Part shown: positions 39,223 to 51,888 of the stretch, one piece after another
Numbering within the stretch: position 1 is the first letter of the stretch
Layout: every line of letters starts with the position of its first letter
NCBI GenBank assembly: GCA_030324005.1
Contig: JARDVH010000025.1
Location: forward strand, 74,600,336 to 74,664,335
Source: Negaprion brevirostris
Lineage: Eukaryota
Length of the DNA: 64,000 nucleotides
Direction: 5' to 3'
Made by a program: the position numbers and the translations under genes
The notes under the pieces: generated by a model
The model's database searches: none
What the model was told of the DNA's origin: nothing
Seen by the model: the letters and a program-made list of their open reading frames with translations, nothing else

Positions 39223-41689
39223 GTGACAAACAGAATTTTCTGAACCTCTACTATAGCAATGTAACAGTTTAAAGTTTGAACTTGTTACCACAACAGTCAC
39301 TTTTTTGCCCCTCCCCCTAGCAACCACCACTTCACCCCCAGTGCTGTCAGCACTCCCCTCCCACCTATGTAAATTCCACCCCACTTCCCTGCAGGAAAAA
39401 GAACAGTGACTTAAGTGTTGGTCCGGCGGTTTTAGAGACATCTCTTAGAATACTAAAACATGACTTTNNNNNNNNNNNNNNNNNNNNNNNNNNNNNNNNN
39501 NNNNNNNNNNNNNNNNNNNNNNNNNNNNNNNNNNNNNNNNNNNNNNNNNNNNNNNNNNNNNNNNNNNNNNNNNNNNNNNNNNNNNNNNNNNNNNNNNNNN
39601 NNNNNNNNNNNNNNNNNNNNNNNNNNNNNNNNNNNNNNNNNNNNNNNNNNNNNNNNNNNNNNNNNNNNNNNNNNNNNNNNNNNNNNNNNNNNNNNNNNNN
39701 NNNNNNNNNNNNNNNNNNNNNNNNNNNNNNNNNNNNNNNNNNNNNNNNNNNNNNNNNNNNNNNNNNNNNNNNNNCTGCCTGCTACACAACCTCACCAACA
39801 TGAAGAGTTAGACCTGATACCTGCTGTACAGTGAGCAGATGAGGGCATGAAGAGGAAGAGGAGGAAGAGAAAGGAAGGAGGCAACTTAGATAGCCACTGT
39901 ATTGAGTACAATACTAGTTACTGCAAATCCAACTCTTTACTCACCAATATTCCTGCAGCTTACCTTCCCTCTCTACTGACCATCATAGCATCTGCTTGAC
40001 CCCAGTGCAAAAATGAATAAGAACCAACCTAAAAAATGCAGCATTATTTATAAGTGAAATGATACCATATCGTGCACAAAAGTCAGTTAATCATCACTCT
40101 GCATTCCCCTGGTGTCTGTCTTCCATGTGTGTTACTGTCCTGGTGCTCCTACATAGTAATGGCTGAGGTCCTGGTGTGGTCTAGTGGATTTGGTCACTGA
40201 ACAGGTAAACCACAAATCTAGAGCAATGTGGGTTTCCAGGCTAGAATCCCACCACAATAGATGATAAGCTGTCTTGTGGCAGGCATGGATGAGCTGAAGA
40301 TTCTTTTGTTTCTCAGCATTTTGTTAAGATCCAGCGTCAGATCAAGCCCAAGGTCAGGTACAATGTCAGCTGGGATCTTGCATGTCTCCCTTGTGGGGAT
40401 TATAAATGGGATTCAATTTGAATTTGGATTTTGGAGCCAACAAGGAGCTGGATTCGGGCTTGCTTGGTCCACTCTGTGTGTCAGCTTTGTAACTTTAAGA
40501 ATGGAGTAAAACAAAAGAAAGTTGATGGCCTTCAGTGGGGGTGACTGAAGATGACGTTGAAGGATGACCTTGAGCAACTTTGGAGCTGGTAGGCCCAGTT
40601 AAGGCTGCAGTATCTTGTCAGAGGCTGGCTGGCTGACAGACAAAAGGAACAGTAATGTTAGAGTGAGAGGATGAATGCTGTGTTCTTCAGCAGCTTTATG
40701 ATCCACACAGCCACTGTCACTCCCCCAGCAATTCGAGTAATTTGTTGGAGGGCATCAGAGCACAATGGTGGCAGGCTCATTAAATATTTCTAAGGCAGAG
40801 ATAGATAGATTCTTGACTAACAAGAGGGTCAAAGTTATCAGGTGAGGCCATAATCAGATCAGCCATGCTGTTTATGAATTGCAGAGTAGGCTGAAATGGT
40901 CAAATTACTGACTCCTAATTCGTACATTCGTCTATAGCTAGACTGCTGTGACACCATGCACCCTTTTAGAGACTGATCCACAGCCATGATGGCTGTAGTA
41001 TAAACTTGAGTGGCAGCAAGCTAAACTTGCATGTCAGCAGTCTGAGGTCCTGTCAAATACAGATTATGTTTGGGTCCAAAGGTGTAGAGATGGCCACTAC
41101 TTGCATGCTTGGAAATGATGGACTTTAAGGTCTTTGTAAAAGCTCTGTATGGAGTTAAATGTTCAATTCATCTGTGCTCCTTGACATTAAGCGTAGGCGT
41201 TCTGGCAGGTTTCACAATGCACTAAGCGTTTTGCTTTGCATACCTTCAGTGCTTTTCTGTAGGTTGCCCCAGGTCTTCACCTGAGACCTCTGTAGCAAAA
41301 ACTGTGTGTGACCTTACCCTCAATGATCTGGCACCTGCCGTATCCTCATGGTTTGCTTACATCGCACTAATGCTGGGTGTCTCACCTCAAGCAGATCGTG
41401 TTCCTGATTTACCCTCTAAGATTCAAGCTATGTCAGCATCTGAGCTTATGGCTTTGAATGTGAAATTAAGCAATGTTACGTCTTGGTGTTCCTCCATTGC
41501 CAACTTCTGGGGGGTCACCAGTGACCAGAAAGTGAACTGGACCAGCCATATAAACACTGTGACTACCAGAGCAGGTCAAAGGCTGGGAATTTTGCAGCAA
41601 ATAAGTCACTTCTTGACTCCCCAAAGACTGTTCGCCAGCTACAAGCTGCACATCAGGAATGTGATGAAATATTCTCCACCTGCAGAAAC

Positions 41690-44450
41690 ACCAGAAAGTA
41701 ACCATACCAGCAAACGGAGGCAAATAAAGGCCAGCAAATCTGAAGATATACGTATGTTGGGATTGGATAAAAGCTGAAAGGAAGTCCGATCCATGACAAA
41801 TCCAATTTTCAACATCAAAACTATCACCAGAATCAGCAGCTGGAACATCAGAATACTCTTCCCATGGGGGAAGATGTTCCAGGTTGAGAATTTATTGATT
41901 TGACATCTTAGGCCTCAGTGAGATACTGTAGACAAGATAAGGACAAATCAATGGTGAGGGTGCAATGATTCTGTACTATGGACCAGAAGAACACCACAAC
42001 CATGGAGTTGGCCTTATACTCAAAAGATGCTGAGCGCAAGCATTAGTTTAAAGTTTATTTATTGGTGTCACAAGTAGGTTTACAACTGCAATGAAGTTAC
42101 TGTGAAAATCCCCTAGTCGCCACAAGTATCCTGAGGGAGAATTTAGCATGGCCAGTGTACCTAACCAGCACGGTTTTGGACTGTGGGATGAAACCGGAGC
42201 ACCTGGAAGAAACCCACACAGAACGTGCAAACTCCACACAGACAGTTACTCAAGTCGAGAATCAAACCCAGGTCCCTGGCACTGTGAGGCAGCAGTGCTA
42301 ACCATTGTGCCAGGTTGGGTGGAAGCCAGTAAACCATTGCATCAGTATCACCAGATCCCACACAAGGCACACCAAAGTCACTATCATGCAATTTATGCAC
42401 CAGTAGGCAAACATGGAGAAAGATGAGCTCAACCAATAATTGCAGGTCACACTGGATGAAGCACCCAGCTGCGATATCAAGCTACCAAACGGTGACCTCA
42501 ATGCAAAGGCAACTGGCAAGAACCAAACGGAGGCACGGTCCCGTAGATCAGCAAGTATGCTCCGTGGAAATGGTGAGTATCTCCTCACCTTCTGCAACAG
42601 CAGCATTGGAAACATGAGGACATGGCATAAAAAGACATGGAGGTCTCCAGCCGGTTACACCCAGAATAAAATTGATTATATATGCATCAGCATCAAATGG
42701 AGGACATCCCAACAAGGTGTTGAGGTGCTGATGTGGGATTGGGCCACCACCTTGTGTTCAGCAAGATCAACCTAAAGCTGAAGAAGACAACGAACACGAA
42801 GTCACAATGGCCATTTGCAACAGAGGAACAGGATGCAGTTGAAGGATAGGGAGCAAGAAGCGAGGTGGGTGGAAACTTTCAAGAGATCCTCATCCCAAAC
42901 CCAGCTCCATGTTTAAGTTTGATGACAGCCTGGGAGAAATTACAAGGTCAGAGGTCTGAAGAGCCAGCAAGAGCCTGAAGAACAGCAAGTTACCTCAACC
43001 GACGCGATATCAGTAAAGCTATTGGAAGATGGCAAGCAAACCATCATAATGGATCTGTTCAACAAGATTTGGTCTATGGAGAACATCTCAGATGACTGGA
43101 GGGGAAGAATAATCATCAAGCTATCAAAGAAAGGGAACCTCTGTGCCTGCAACATCTGGAGGGACATAACTCTGATGTCAGTACCTGGCAAGCTCTTCAA
43201 TATGGTACTCTTCAACAGATTGAAAGCAAAAATATATAGTATCCTTCGTGAAGACCTAGCAGCAGGTTTCCAAATAGCTGGAACATCATTGAACAGAGCC
43301 TAGAATATTGCTACTTGATATCAACTTCATTTACTTCAAAAAAGCTTTTGAGAGTGTCCATCAGCAACCACTGTGTGTACATCGCAGGACAGTGCAGCAT
43401 CCGGGAGCAGTTATTAACATCTTCAGAACCTCATAGCTGCTGCATCAAGACCCCCATGGGGACTATGGCTCATTCAGCATTGTCACGGGAGGGCGGCAAG
43501 GCTGCATACCCTCCCCATTCCTCTTCATCTTGAGGAAGCTGAAGGTGGGTGCAGAGTTTTGAATCTGCAGTCAACATCATCGTTTGATGCACGAATGTCG
43601 CAGATAGCATTACCTTGTTGACCAGAGAATCATGCGTAATCCAAGTCATGACCAATAATGCCAAGAGCAGCAGCATCAAGGTTAATTTATGGAGCAACTG
43701 TGAGGAAACAAAACAACAAGGCCCTTCCATCACCATTGGGCAACAGAATATCAAGGACATTGACCACTTCCCCTATCTGGGAAGCACCATCTCCAGAGAG
43801 ACTAATGTAGAAATAATCAAAGTCCATACAGAATCAGCAAAGCAGCATCAGTCTTCCTTCATGGTTTGGGCATCTAATACCATCAACACAGCCGTGAAGC
43901 TGTGACTCTACGGGAAGAATTTTCCCAAAAAATAAGTGTCTGAAGTGCCCCCCTGCTGCACAAAACTCTTTAAATATGCTAATTTGCTTCGCGCCCTATA
44001 TGGGTGAGATTCAATTTGTGCCAGTAGCCAGGGACCGGAACAATTGCAAAACCTGTTTTTCAGGATTAGCATGATGTGTGTCAGATGCAGCAAGGCCAGA
44101 AAATTGCTGGCTTCATGTCTGTTGTATCAGCAACCACAATCTGTGCCAGTGAGACAATACCAAAGGTGCCTGGAAGATGGACATCTTTCCCCAGCATAAC
44201 CAATGTAAGATCCTGAGTACCACATGGAGAGATAGCATCAAAAATGAAAAACAGAGACAGAGGCACTTGTGGGCCATCATGACTGGGGTTGGCAGGATAT
44301 GTCTTTGGTTTCCTAAATGACAGTAGAATGGACACCACCAGGTGGAAGGAGAAAATGGGACCAACCAAAGAAGACCTGGCGATGGACCACCAAGAACAGG
44401 GCATCTCCTGGACTGAAACAAAAGAGATGGTGATGAACCAGGACCAGTAA
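41690..44450 (+). mobile_element. RTE-clade LINE, near full-length but decayed (APE endonuclease plus RT)
   Basis: Endonuclease motifs ISSWNIR, GVGLIL, GDLNAK and TWRSP...NKIDYICI; RT motifs DDWRGRIIIKLSKKGNLCACNIWRDITLMSVPGKLF and IDHFPYLGSTIS. A V-SINE is inserted at 42046-42312. Confidence 0.88.
42046..42312 (-). mobile_element. V-SINE with alternative tail, nested in the RTE
   Basis: Same head and tail as the other copies. Confidence 0.88.
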
Positions 44451-45289
44451 GTTTATGTAATCCAGTTATGAGGCATGGATCATTTGTTCATTAGCATTAA
44501 GAACAGAATGACAATCTTTTTGAAATCCATCATGCCTTAATATTTATATTAATCATTAAGTCTCTTCATGGCTCTGTAATGCTAATTTTTGTCCATGAGT
44601 ATTCATATGAATTGTGGGATTATATAGTTATAGCTCATGTAGCAATTGATCTGAAAGAGAGCATGATTTTGTTGACTCTGCCACACTATTAATGTAGGTT
44701 GCCTAGCAATTTACCTCATGGGACAAAATATTTACATCCAACCTTGCAACTACCACCACCATGCAAAAGACAACTTCTGGATGTCTGGTAGTCAGAATTA
44801 CTTTGGGTGGAGAAATGTTGAATTGAAGCCAAATTGCTGGATGACCCCATCATATAAACAAATATAAATAATTAAAGCACTCATTGCGAACACAAACACT
44901 TCTTTCTACTTCTGTTCAGTCCTTAGATTATTAGTTACAGCATCTGAAGAATTGCCGACATGAATGTTCAATATTCCTAGTAGAATACCAAAACTAAAAT
45001 GTGAGATAAGAGACATTCTATGTCAGTTGGCACAAGATTTGAATGACAAAGTATGAGGATCTGAATTTTTTGTACATAGTTTCAGTACATGGCATTTTAA
45101 TGTCTTTCATTGGCATCAGTCATGTAATCTTGATTTAGATCAGTGTTGGTGATGCTTTGCAGATTAGGCAGCATTTATGGAGAGAACAGACAAGATTTCC
45201 CTTCATCAGAACTGAAGCTTAAAAGTAGGCACATTAATATGGAAGGGGAATATATGAGAAAAAAACAGAAAAGAGGCATCCATAAAAGG

Positions 45290-45478
45290 AAACTGTTGCA
45301 GATATTGAAAACGTGAAATAAAGGCAGAAAATGCTGGAATTACTCAGCAGATTTGACATAATCCATTGGAGAGTGAAACAATTCTGAAGAAAGGTAATCA
45401 ACCTGAAACGTCAACTGTTTCTCCCTCCACAGATGGTGCCTCACCAGCTGAATGTTTCCAGTATTTTCTGTTCTTACT
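45290..45478. mobile_element. Palindromic PLE-terminus mini-element with a minimal hammerhead ribozyme motif (45375-45421, + strand)
   Basis: Inverted arms cagaaaatgctggaa and ttccagtattttctg, with the core CTGAAGA-A-AGGT-AATCA-ACCT-GAAA-CGTC. Confidence 0.7.
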
Positions 45479-45493
45479 TTGGAAAGAAAGCAT

Positions 45494-45716
45494 CAGTCCA
45501 AAGATGTGCAGGTTAGGTAGACTGGCTATCCTAAATTGCCCCTTAGTGTCCAAAAATGTGTAGGTTAGGGGGATAAACAGGGTAAACACACAGGGTTACA
45601 GGGATAGGGTGGGTCATTGGGCCCTGGGGAAGATGCTCTGTTGGTGGGTGTGTACAGACTCAATGGGCCAAATGGCCTCCCTCTGCACTCTAGGGATTCT
45701 AGCTTCTACAGTTCTA
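45494..45716 (+). mobile_element. HE1-type V-SINE, 3' half
   Basis: cagtccaaagatgtgcaggttagg...tagggattcta. Confidence 0.85.
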
Positions 45717-46076
45717 TAAGTGGAAGAATGTCGCACATCATCTCAGTATGTAATAGGCAAGGCATTAAATCACAGAAGAAATAAGGTGTGCAATTATCTA
45801 AGGAAATGGGCCACTTGGGAAATAGATAAAAACATACATTGGAAAAGCTCGGGGTTATTTAGTTTGGAAATGAGGATACATCATAAGAGAGCATGTAGGG
45901 TGTTTTGTTGAAATAATTGTCCATTGACCTACGGAAGTCATCTAGTTCATCAATTATTTTGGTAAATATATTTTATGTTGCAAATTTTGGACTGTGTTAA
46001 ATATTTAGAATAATTGAGAAATTATAGTTCTTTGTCCAGCCTAAATAGAGCCATAACTATGCAATCTATGGTTAAA

Positions 46077-46372
46077 GGGGGGCAGCACAACGGTTAATAC
46101 AGCTGCTTCACAGTGCCAGTGACCCAGCTTCGATTCCCGGCTTGGGTCACTGCCGGGTTGTAGTTTGCACAGTCTCCCCGTGGCTGCGTGGATTTCCTCT
46201 GGGTGCTCTGGTTTCCTCCCACAGTCTGAAGGACATGTTGGTTAGGCGGCCATGCTAAATTTTCCCTCAGTGTAACCAAACAGGTGCCAGAGTGTGCCAA
46301 CTAGGGGGTTTTCATGGTAACTTCATTGCAGTGTTAATGTTAGCTTACTTGTGATTAATAAATAAACTTTTA
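46077..46372 (+). mobile_element. V-SINE with alternative tail
   Basis: Head and V domain, with the tail aacttcattgcagtgttaatg...aataaataaac. Confidence 0.88.
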
Positions 46373-47801
46373 ACTTTCACTTCAAAGGCAGAAACAACAT
46401 TATCAAACAGCTCATTTTATTCCCAAACTTTACAAATGATTATTCAATCATATTTTGTTCCATGTGGAATTCTTTAACATCAATTCTTCACTGACTTCTC
46501 TACCAAAGAATAAAACAGAAATCTGAAGTCATATCCACAACTATCCCTCATACTGTTATTTAGGTGAATGTTTTCCATTCTTAATAGGAAGCTCAATGTG
46601 GACATTAATGTCTATTTTGCAATGACAACCTCTCTGGCCTAATTGAACGACATTCAGTGCCCAATAATGATATCAAATATGGTCTCATTTTTAGGATTGA
46701 CACTGTTAATGTTACAATCCTGTCACAATGAAGTGCATGCTCTAGAGGGCAGCTGTTACTAATTGGAGAAAGGTTAGAACATTATTCTTAAGTCTAAAGA
46801 AAAACTGGAACCTGCGTGGGGAAAGGAAAAGGAAATCTGGGCCTGTGTTCCCTGGGTTATTGAATAAACCTATGTTAAAGAAAGACTGGCTTCAGATTCC
46901 TCCTTTTACTCAGTGAATAAGCAGCTAATTAAATCAAGTACCTAGTTCGAGAGTAATCCTTTTTTTGCTATTGCATCATAAAATGTTATGATTTACTTTT
47001 GCCAGTGGCTGATTTAAGTAAATTTAATTGAAGACATACCAGCCAGAAGGTTTCAGATTTCATCTTTGGTTAGGGGCTAACCTTGCCAGTCTAAGCTGGT
47101 ACATGTTGAACTGCAGAATGGCAAAACTTTCTGTCCAGTGACTTGTGTTAGAAAGTGTGGATGTTGAACGTTAGAATCTTGCTCAAGCCAGACACCCTTC
47201 ACAGTCAAACATCCTGCCAACTCTAACTGTCTAAGCTCATGGATGAAGAGTAGTTACTTTGGTAAGGTGCCATAGTCTAGTATTCAATGAACCTTAATCT
47301 AGTCTGAGTTGGTGCCTATAGGACAGGAAGAAAAAAATTGAAGAGTACAAAATGTTCTTGCATGTGCATCAGTGTAGGAAAACAGGTCATGGTTTGTCTA
47401 CTCACCAGTTGGCACTTACATTAAAACAGGTTTCAAACAAAGAGAAATCTTGGCATTTCTAAAATTTGGATCTTATGAAACATATCAAGAAATAATAAAA
47501 TACACCCAATGTAAAATCACAATCTAAAATCACAAAATACAATAGCAGGATTGTGGATCATTCCTATATTTACTATTCCTTTCTTGAGGATCAACAGGAA
47601 TTGTTGGTTGGGATGATGTGTTCTTTTTTAATTTGATTGAAAGTGGTAGGTATGGCAGGTGGGTATTTCAATATTACCTTTCACAAACAGTCCTTCGGAG
47701 CATATTGTTTCCCAAGTCATGGAACCTTATACATTTTATGGATTGTTTGTATATGTAACACTTTTATACTGCATTGTACTGCTTCACTTTGCCTAAAACA
47801 A

Positions 47802-48103
47802 AGGGCGGCACAATAGTTAGCACTGCTGCTTCATAGAGCTAGGGACCTAGGTTTGATTGACCCAGCTTGGGTCATTGTCTATGCAGGGAGTCTGCACCTT
47901 CTTCCTGTGTCTGTGTGGGTTTCCCCTGGGTTCTCTGGTTTCCTCTCACAGTCCAAAAGAAGTGCTGGTTAGATGCATTAGCCATGCTAAATTCTCCCTC
48001 AGTGTACCCGAACAGGCACTGGACTGTGACAACTAGGGGATTTTTACAGTAACTTCATTGCAGTGTTAATGTAAGCCTACTTGTGACATTAATAAATAAA
48101 CCT
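47802..48103 (+). mobile_element. V-SINE with alternative tail
   Basis: Same head, V domain and tail as 46077-46372. Confidence 0.88.
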
Positions 48104-48756
48104 TAAAAGTATTCAATGATAAATTTCAGCACACTATGTACACTGCAAATATGTAGTTTAAAAACAAGTTATCTTTTTTCAATAAGGCCCCATTTCTACT
48201 TTACATTCATTTCCAAATTTACTGACTATTTTGCGTAATTATACAGCAGTCATTTTAACACAACAATGTCAAAAAATAGTTAATGAATATCTCCCTGTTT
48301 TTCACCTGTCTGAAAATTATTTGTTTTTCTCCACTTCAGTCTGCAGATTCTCTCCCAGAATGAATTTGTTTTTTAATTTTTTTTTAGTCACTATGGCAAT
48401 GGGTGTTGGTGCTGAGGAATAAATGGGAACCCAAATATATAGTGTGGTTGAATACCCATCATAAAAACATCAGTAAATTCATCTTAGTCACACAGACCAG
48501 AAAGTCTTGGGTTTGATCCCTGATATTCAGCTACTCTGCCGAGGCATCAGCCCAAAGCTCCAAAGAGCATCCTAAATCATTGTGACATTTACTTTTCCCT
48601 CACAGGCCATCATGTCATCTCCAACTCAGGCTGGCAATTTGATACCAGTTAGTTCTAAAGTAAGATTAACTGCTTTCCAGGAAAGGAACTGAGATTGCCC
48701 AAACTCAGTTTATTGAGCTGGGTTGAAATTGAATACCCAACACATGGTGGAGCAGA

Positions 48757-48983
48757 AAGTGCTGAAAAATCTCAGCAGGTCTGACAGCATCTGTGGGAAG
48801 AGAATAGACCAACATTTTGAGTCTAGGTGGTTCTTCGTCAGAGCTGATGAGTTCTGATGTAGCATCATCTAGACTCGAAACGTTGGCTGTATTCTTTCCC
48901 CACAGATGCTGTGAGACCTGCTGGGATTTTCCGGCACTTTCTGTTTTTGTTTCAAATTCCAGTATCCACAGCATTTTGCTTTT
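48757..48983. mobile_element. Palindromic PLE-terminus mini-element flanked by a 16-bp direct repeat
   Basis: Arms aggtctgacagcatctgtggg and ccccacagatgctgtgagacct. cacatggtggagcaga occurs at 48741-48756 and 48984-48999. Confidence 0.8.
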
Positions 48984-50175
48984 CACATGGTGGAGCAGAC
49001 TTGATATGCTAAATGGCCTACTTCTGCTCCTATCTCTTATGGTCACATAACAGTGAGCAGTGTTCTCCCTCCCGGGGTGGGAAACATGGTTCAGGACTGT
49101 TCTGAGATGATAAACCCATCCAAGGAGGAAGCAGTTGCTCACTGGGATTTTCATCTGACACTGGGACCTGCAGTTCACCGTCCAATTAAGGACAAGTGAG
49201 CAGACTCTTGAAACTGGAGGGTCAATCAGACACTTTTCTATAGGAAAAGAGCAGCAGTGTAAGGTAAGTAAGAGAGCACGCACTTGAAGATGCAGGCACT
49301 TTCTAACTTCTTAAAATCTAAATTAAAAATTGGCTTTGCAACCAAGCCAGAGCTGGTGCATGGGATGGAGTGGTGGAGGCTTACACGTTATTAGTCTGTG
49401 GCAGTCAGGAAGGCAAGGAGGGCCTATGGGTCTACTTGGGGCACTGGGTCCCTGCCACCCTATGGAAACCTGGAGACCCACTGGAAAATTCCAGTCAGCC
49501 TCCCTTAGTTAGCATTGCAGCTCAGGCTAGCCACTCCTGTCACCCTGCCTCTTCTCCATGCTACCCCAAAAATAGCCCAGAGACTGGATGGAGCCAAAGG
49601 GACTTTTAGCTCCTGCCCACCTCCAGTCTAGGACTTTCAGCCCCATATCTGATCCAGCATTACCTGATAAGATAGTGGGCAAGTTCCATGCTCTCAAAGC
49701 TCTGCAACACTTTGTAAAACTTGCCACCAGGAGATACATAATGCCATCCTGGGGTTGCTCAACCTAATTTCCATTTTTCCATCGGTGAGATAAACTTCAC
49801 CTTTGGGACATTGTAGGCATCCAACATTGGTTTTAGCAATCTGTGTGGCTGATCGACGTCCAACTGTAAGTGCGTCATTAAACCCGATGAATATTTCTAA
49901 GCACAGGAAATGCTTTTACCACCACTTTACTTCGTCATGGCTTAGTTTTTACAAAAAGACAACAGCTTGAAAAATGTGTAAAATACACAATTTAATTGAT
50001 AATACCTGTAAAGCAAAGGCTCACATCCAACTAACGTATTATTGTTAAAAGTGCTTAATTTATAGTTATGTTTAACAAATAAACTTCATGTTAGAGATAT
50101 TCATTTAAATCTTCACTTATTTATGCCTATTCTAACTTGTGCCTTCTTTCCCCATACACCCTTTTCTATCCACAG

Positions 50176-50244
50176 GCTGAGAAGAGGGCACAACTTGTTG
50201 CTGTAATGAGTGCACAGGAAGATACCCCCGTTCAGAAAGAGAAG
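50176..50244 (+). CDS. DNMT3A: DNA (cytosine-5)-methyltransferase 3A, exon equivalent to human exon 7 (5' part only; the rest runs into the N-gap 50245-50409)
   Basis: Acceptor cttttctatccacag| is followed by AEKRAQLVAVMSAQEDTPVQKEK, which resembles human AEKKAKVIAGMNAVEENQ. Phase 0. The internal ATG at 50206 corresponds to the MNAVEE Met used by Dnmt3a2. Confidence 0.9.
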
Positions 50245-50493
50245 NNNNNNNNNNNNNNNNNNNNNNNNNNNNNNNNNNNNNNNNNNNNNNNNNNNNNNNN
50301 NNNNNNNNNNNNNNNNNNNNNNNNNNNNNNNNNNNNNNNNNNNNNNNNNNNNNNNNNNNNNNNNNNNNNNNNNNNNNNNNNNNNNNNNNNNNNNNNNNNN
50401 NNNNNNNNNGTGTACATTGGTCAGGTAGTTTGGCAGTTCTGTGAAAAGCACCATGCTCATTAAGTTAATATTCAGAAAAATATACAGAAATTT

Positions 50494-50785
50494 GGGCAGC
50501 ACACTGGCACAGTGGTTTGCACTGCTGCCTCATAGCACCAGGGACCCAGGTTCAATTCTAGCTTTGGGTTATCATCTGTGTGGAGTTTGCATGTTCTCCC
50601 TGTGTTTGCATGGGTTTCTTCCAGGTGCTCCAGTTTCACTCCACAGTCCAAAGATGTGCAAATGACATGGATTGGCCATGCTAAATTGACTCTTAGGTTA
50701 GCAGGGTTATGGGGTAAGTTGGGGTAATAGTCACTGCAGACTTGATGGGCCAAATAGCCTCCTTATGTGCTGTAGGGATTCTGTG
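50494..50785 (+). mobile_element. HE1-type V-SINE
   Basis: Head, V domain and CR1 tail tgtagggattctg. Confidence 0.9.
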
Positions 50786-51888
50786 ATAAATAGCATCAAA
50801 GTGAGATGCCTGTACTGTTTGGTTAAGAGATCATTATATGACGTTGATTCTTTACAACAGGGACCCCTAAACAAGGGGCCATGATCCCCTGTGGGGATCA
50901 TAAAGAGAACTTTTCAGATCACAAGCTCCCCCTCCTCCAAGGCAACAGTAGTCATTGACATGGAGATCACACTCTGGCAGGGCTGCCCCAGACTCACTGA
51001 CTGCTTGCCACAACACAGCAAAGGCTAAATGGTGTGCCCAAAACTGTCTTTAACCTTAAAAAACACTTTCAATAGTGAGTGCAGAACAGACACGGGATCT
51101 TTGTGCACTGACTTAGTGAAGGCAGGGGCAATGAAGGGTCACTTAGTGACTGTCTGTGTGCAGGAAACACCAGGAGGTTTAGCAGCTGAAACAATAAGTT
51201 GAGTAGTGGCTTAAAAGATGTTTGAAGCCACTAGACTCTAGAGAGACTAGAGTCTGTCTTTCTCTAGAGAAAGATAGACTCTAGTTACTAGCTAGCAAAC
51301 CACCAACAGCAGAATTCTCGCTCCAGGAAGACAAGAAGACCTCCTTCCAGCTAGCCAGCAGAATTTATACCAAGGAGAGAGAAACACTGTTTTTCAGGTG
51401 TCCAAACACCTTCAAACTAAAACAGCAGCCAGCAGCCCAAAACTGAAAATGAAAGAACTGCTGTCACCTGACCTGTCAATCATTCTTCACACTAAAAATT
51501 CGGGGTCATAAAAAATCCTACAAAGTACCTGGGGCCCAGAGTAAAATTTAACAAAACCCCATTTAAACCATTGAAGCAGCAGTGTAGGACTTCTAAGCAG
51601 ACAGCTTAGCAACAATGAAAAAAACCTGCTTATAAACTGCAGAGAACATGATTTAAAAAAAACATTACTTAAAGGTACACTGGCATCAAATAACCATGGT
51701 TATCAAAGGAGCAGCCACTGCAAGGTGGGGGGAATGGTGGTGGTGTGGTATACGAGGGGACTAGGGCTGCTAACAGTGATGGTGGAAGAATGTGCTATCA
51801 ATAAAAGGGAACGGAGGAGCTAGCATTGGAAAAAAGGCTTCAGGCCTAGACTCATGTTGTGGGAAATTTCCCGCCACAGCAAAACAAA

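Noticed and set aside
48705-49283. 192-aa ORF on the - strand
   Set aside because: It runs across a CR1 tail and the PLE palindrome and has no protein-like motif.
1-50175. DNMT3A1-specific upstream exons (for example GWESSLRQRP...WLARWKRE)
   Set aside because: Not found by eye. They are either upstream of the window or hidden in gaps.
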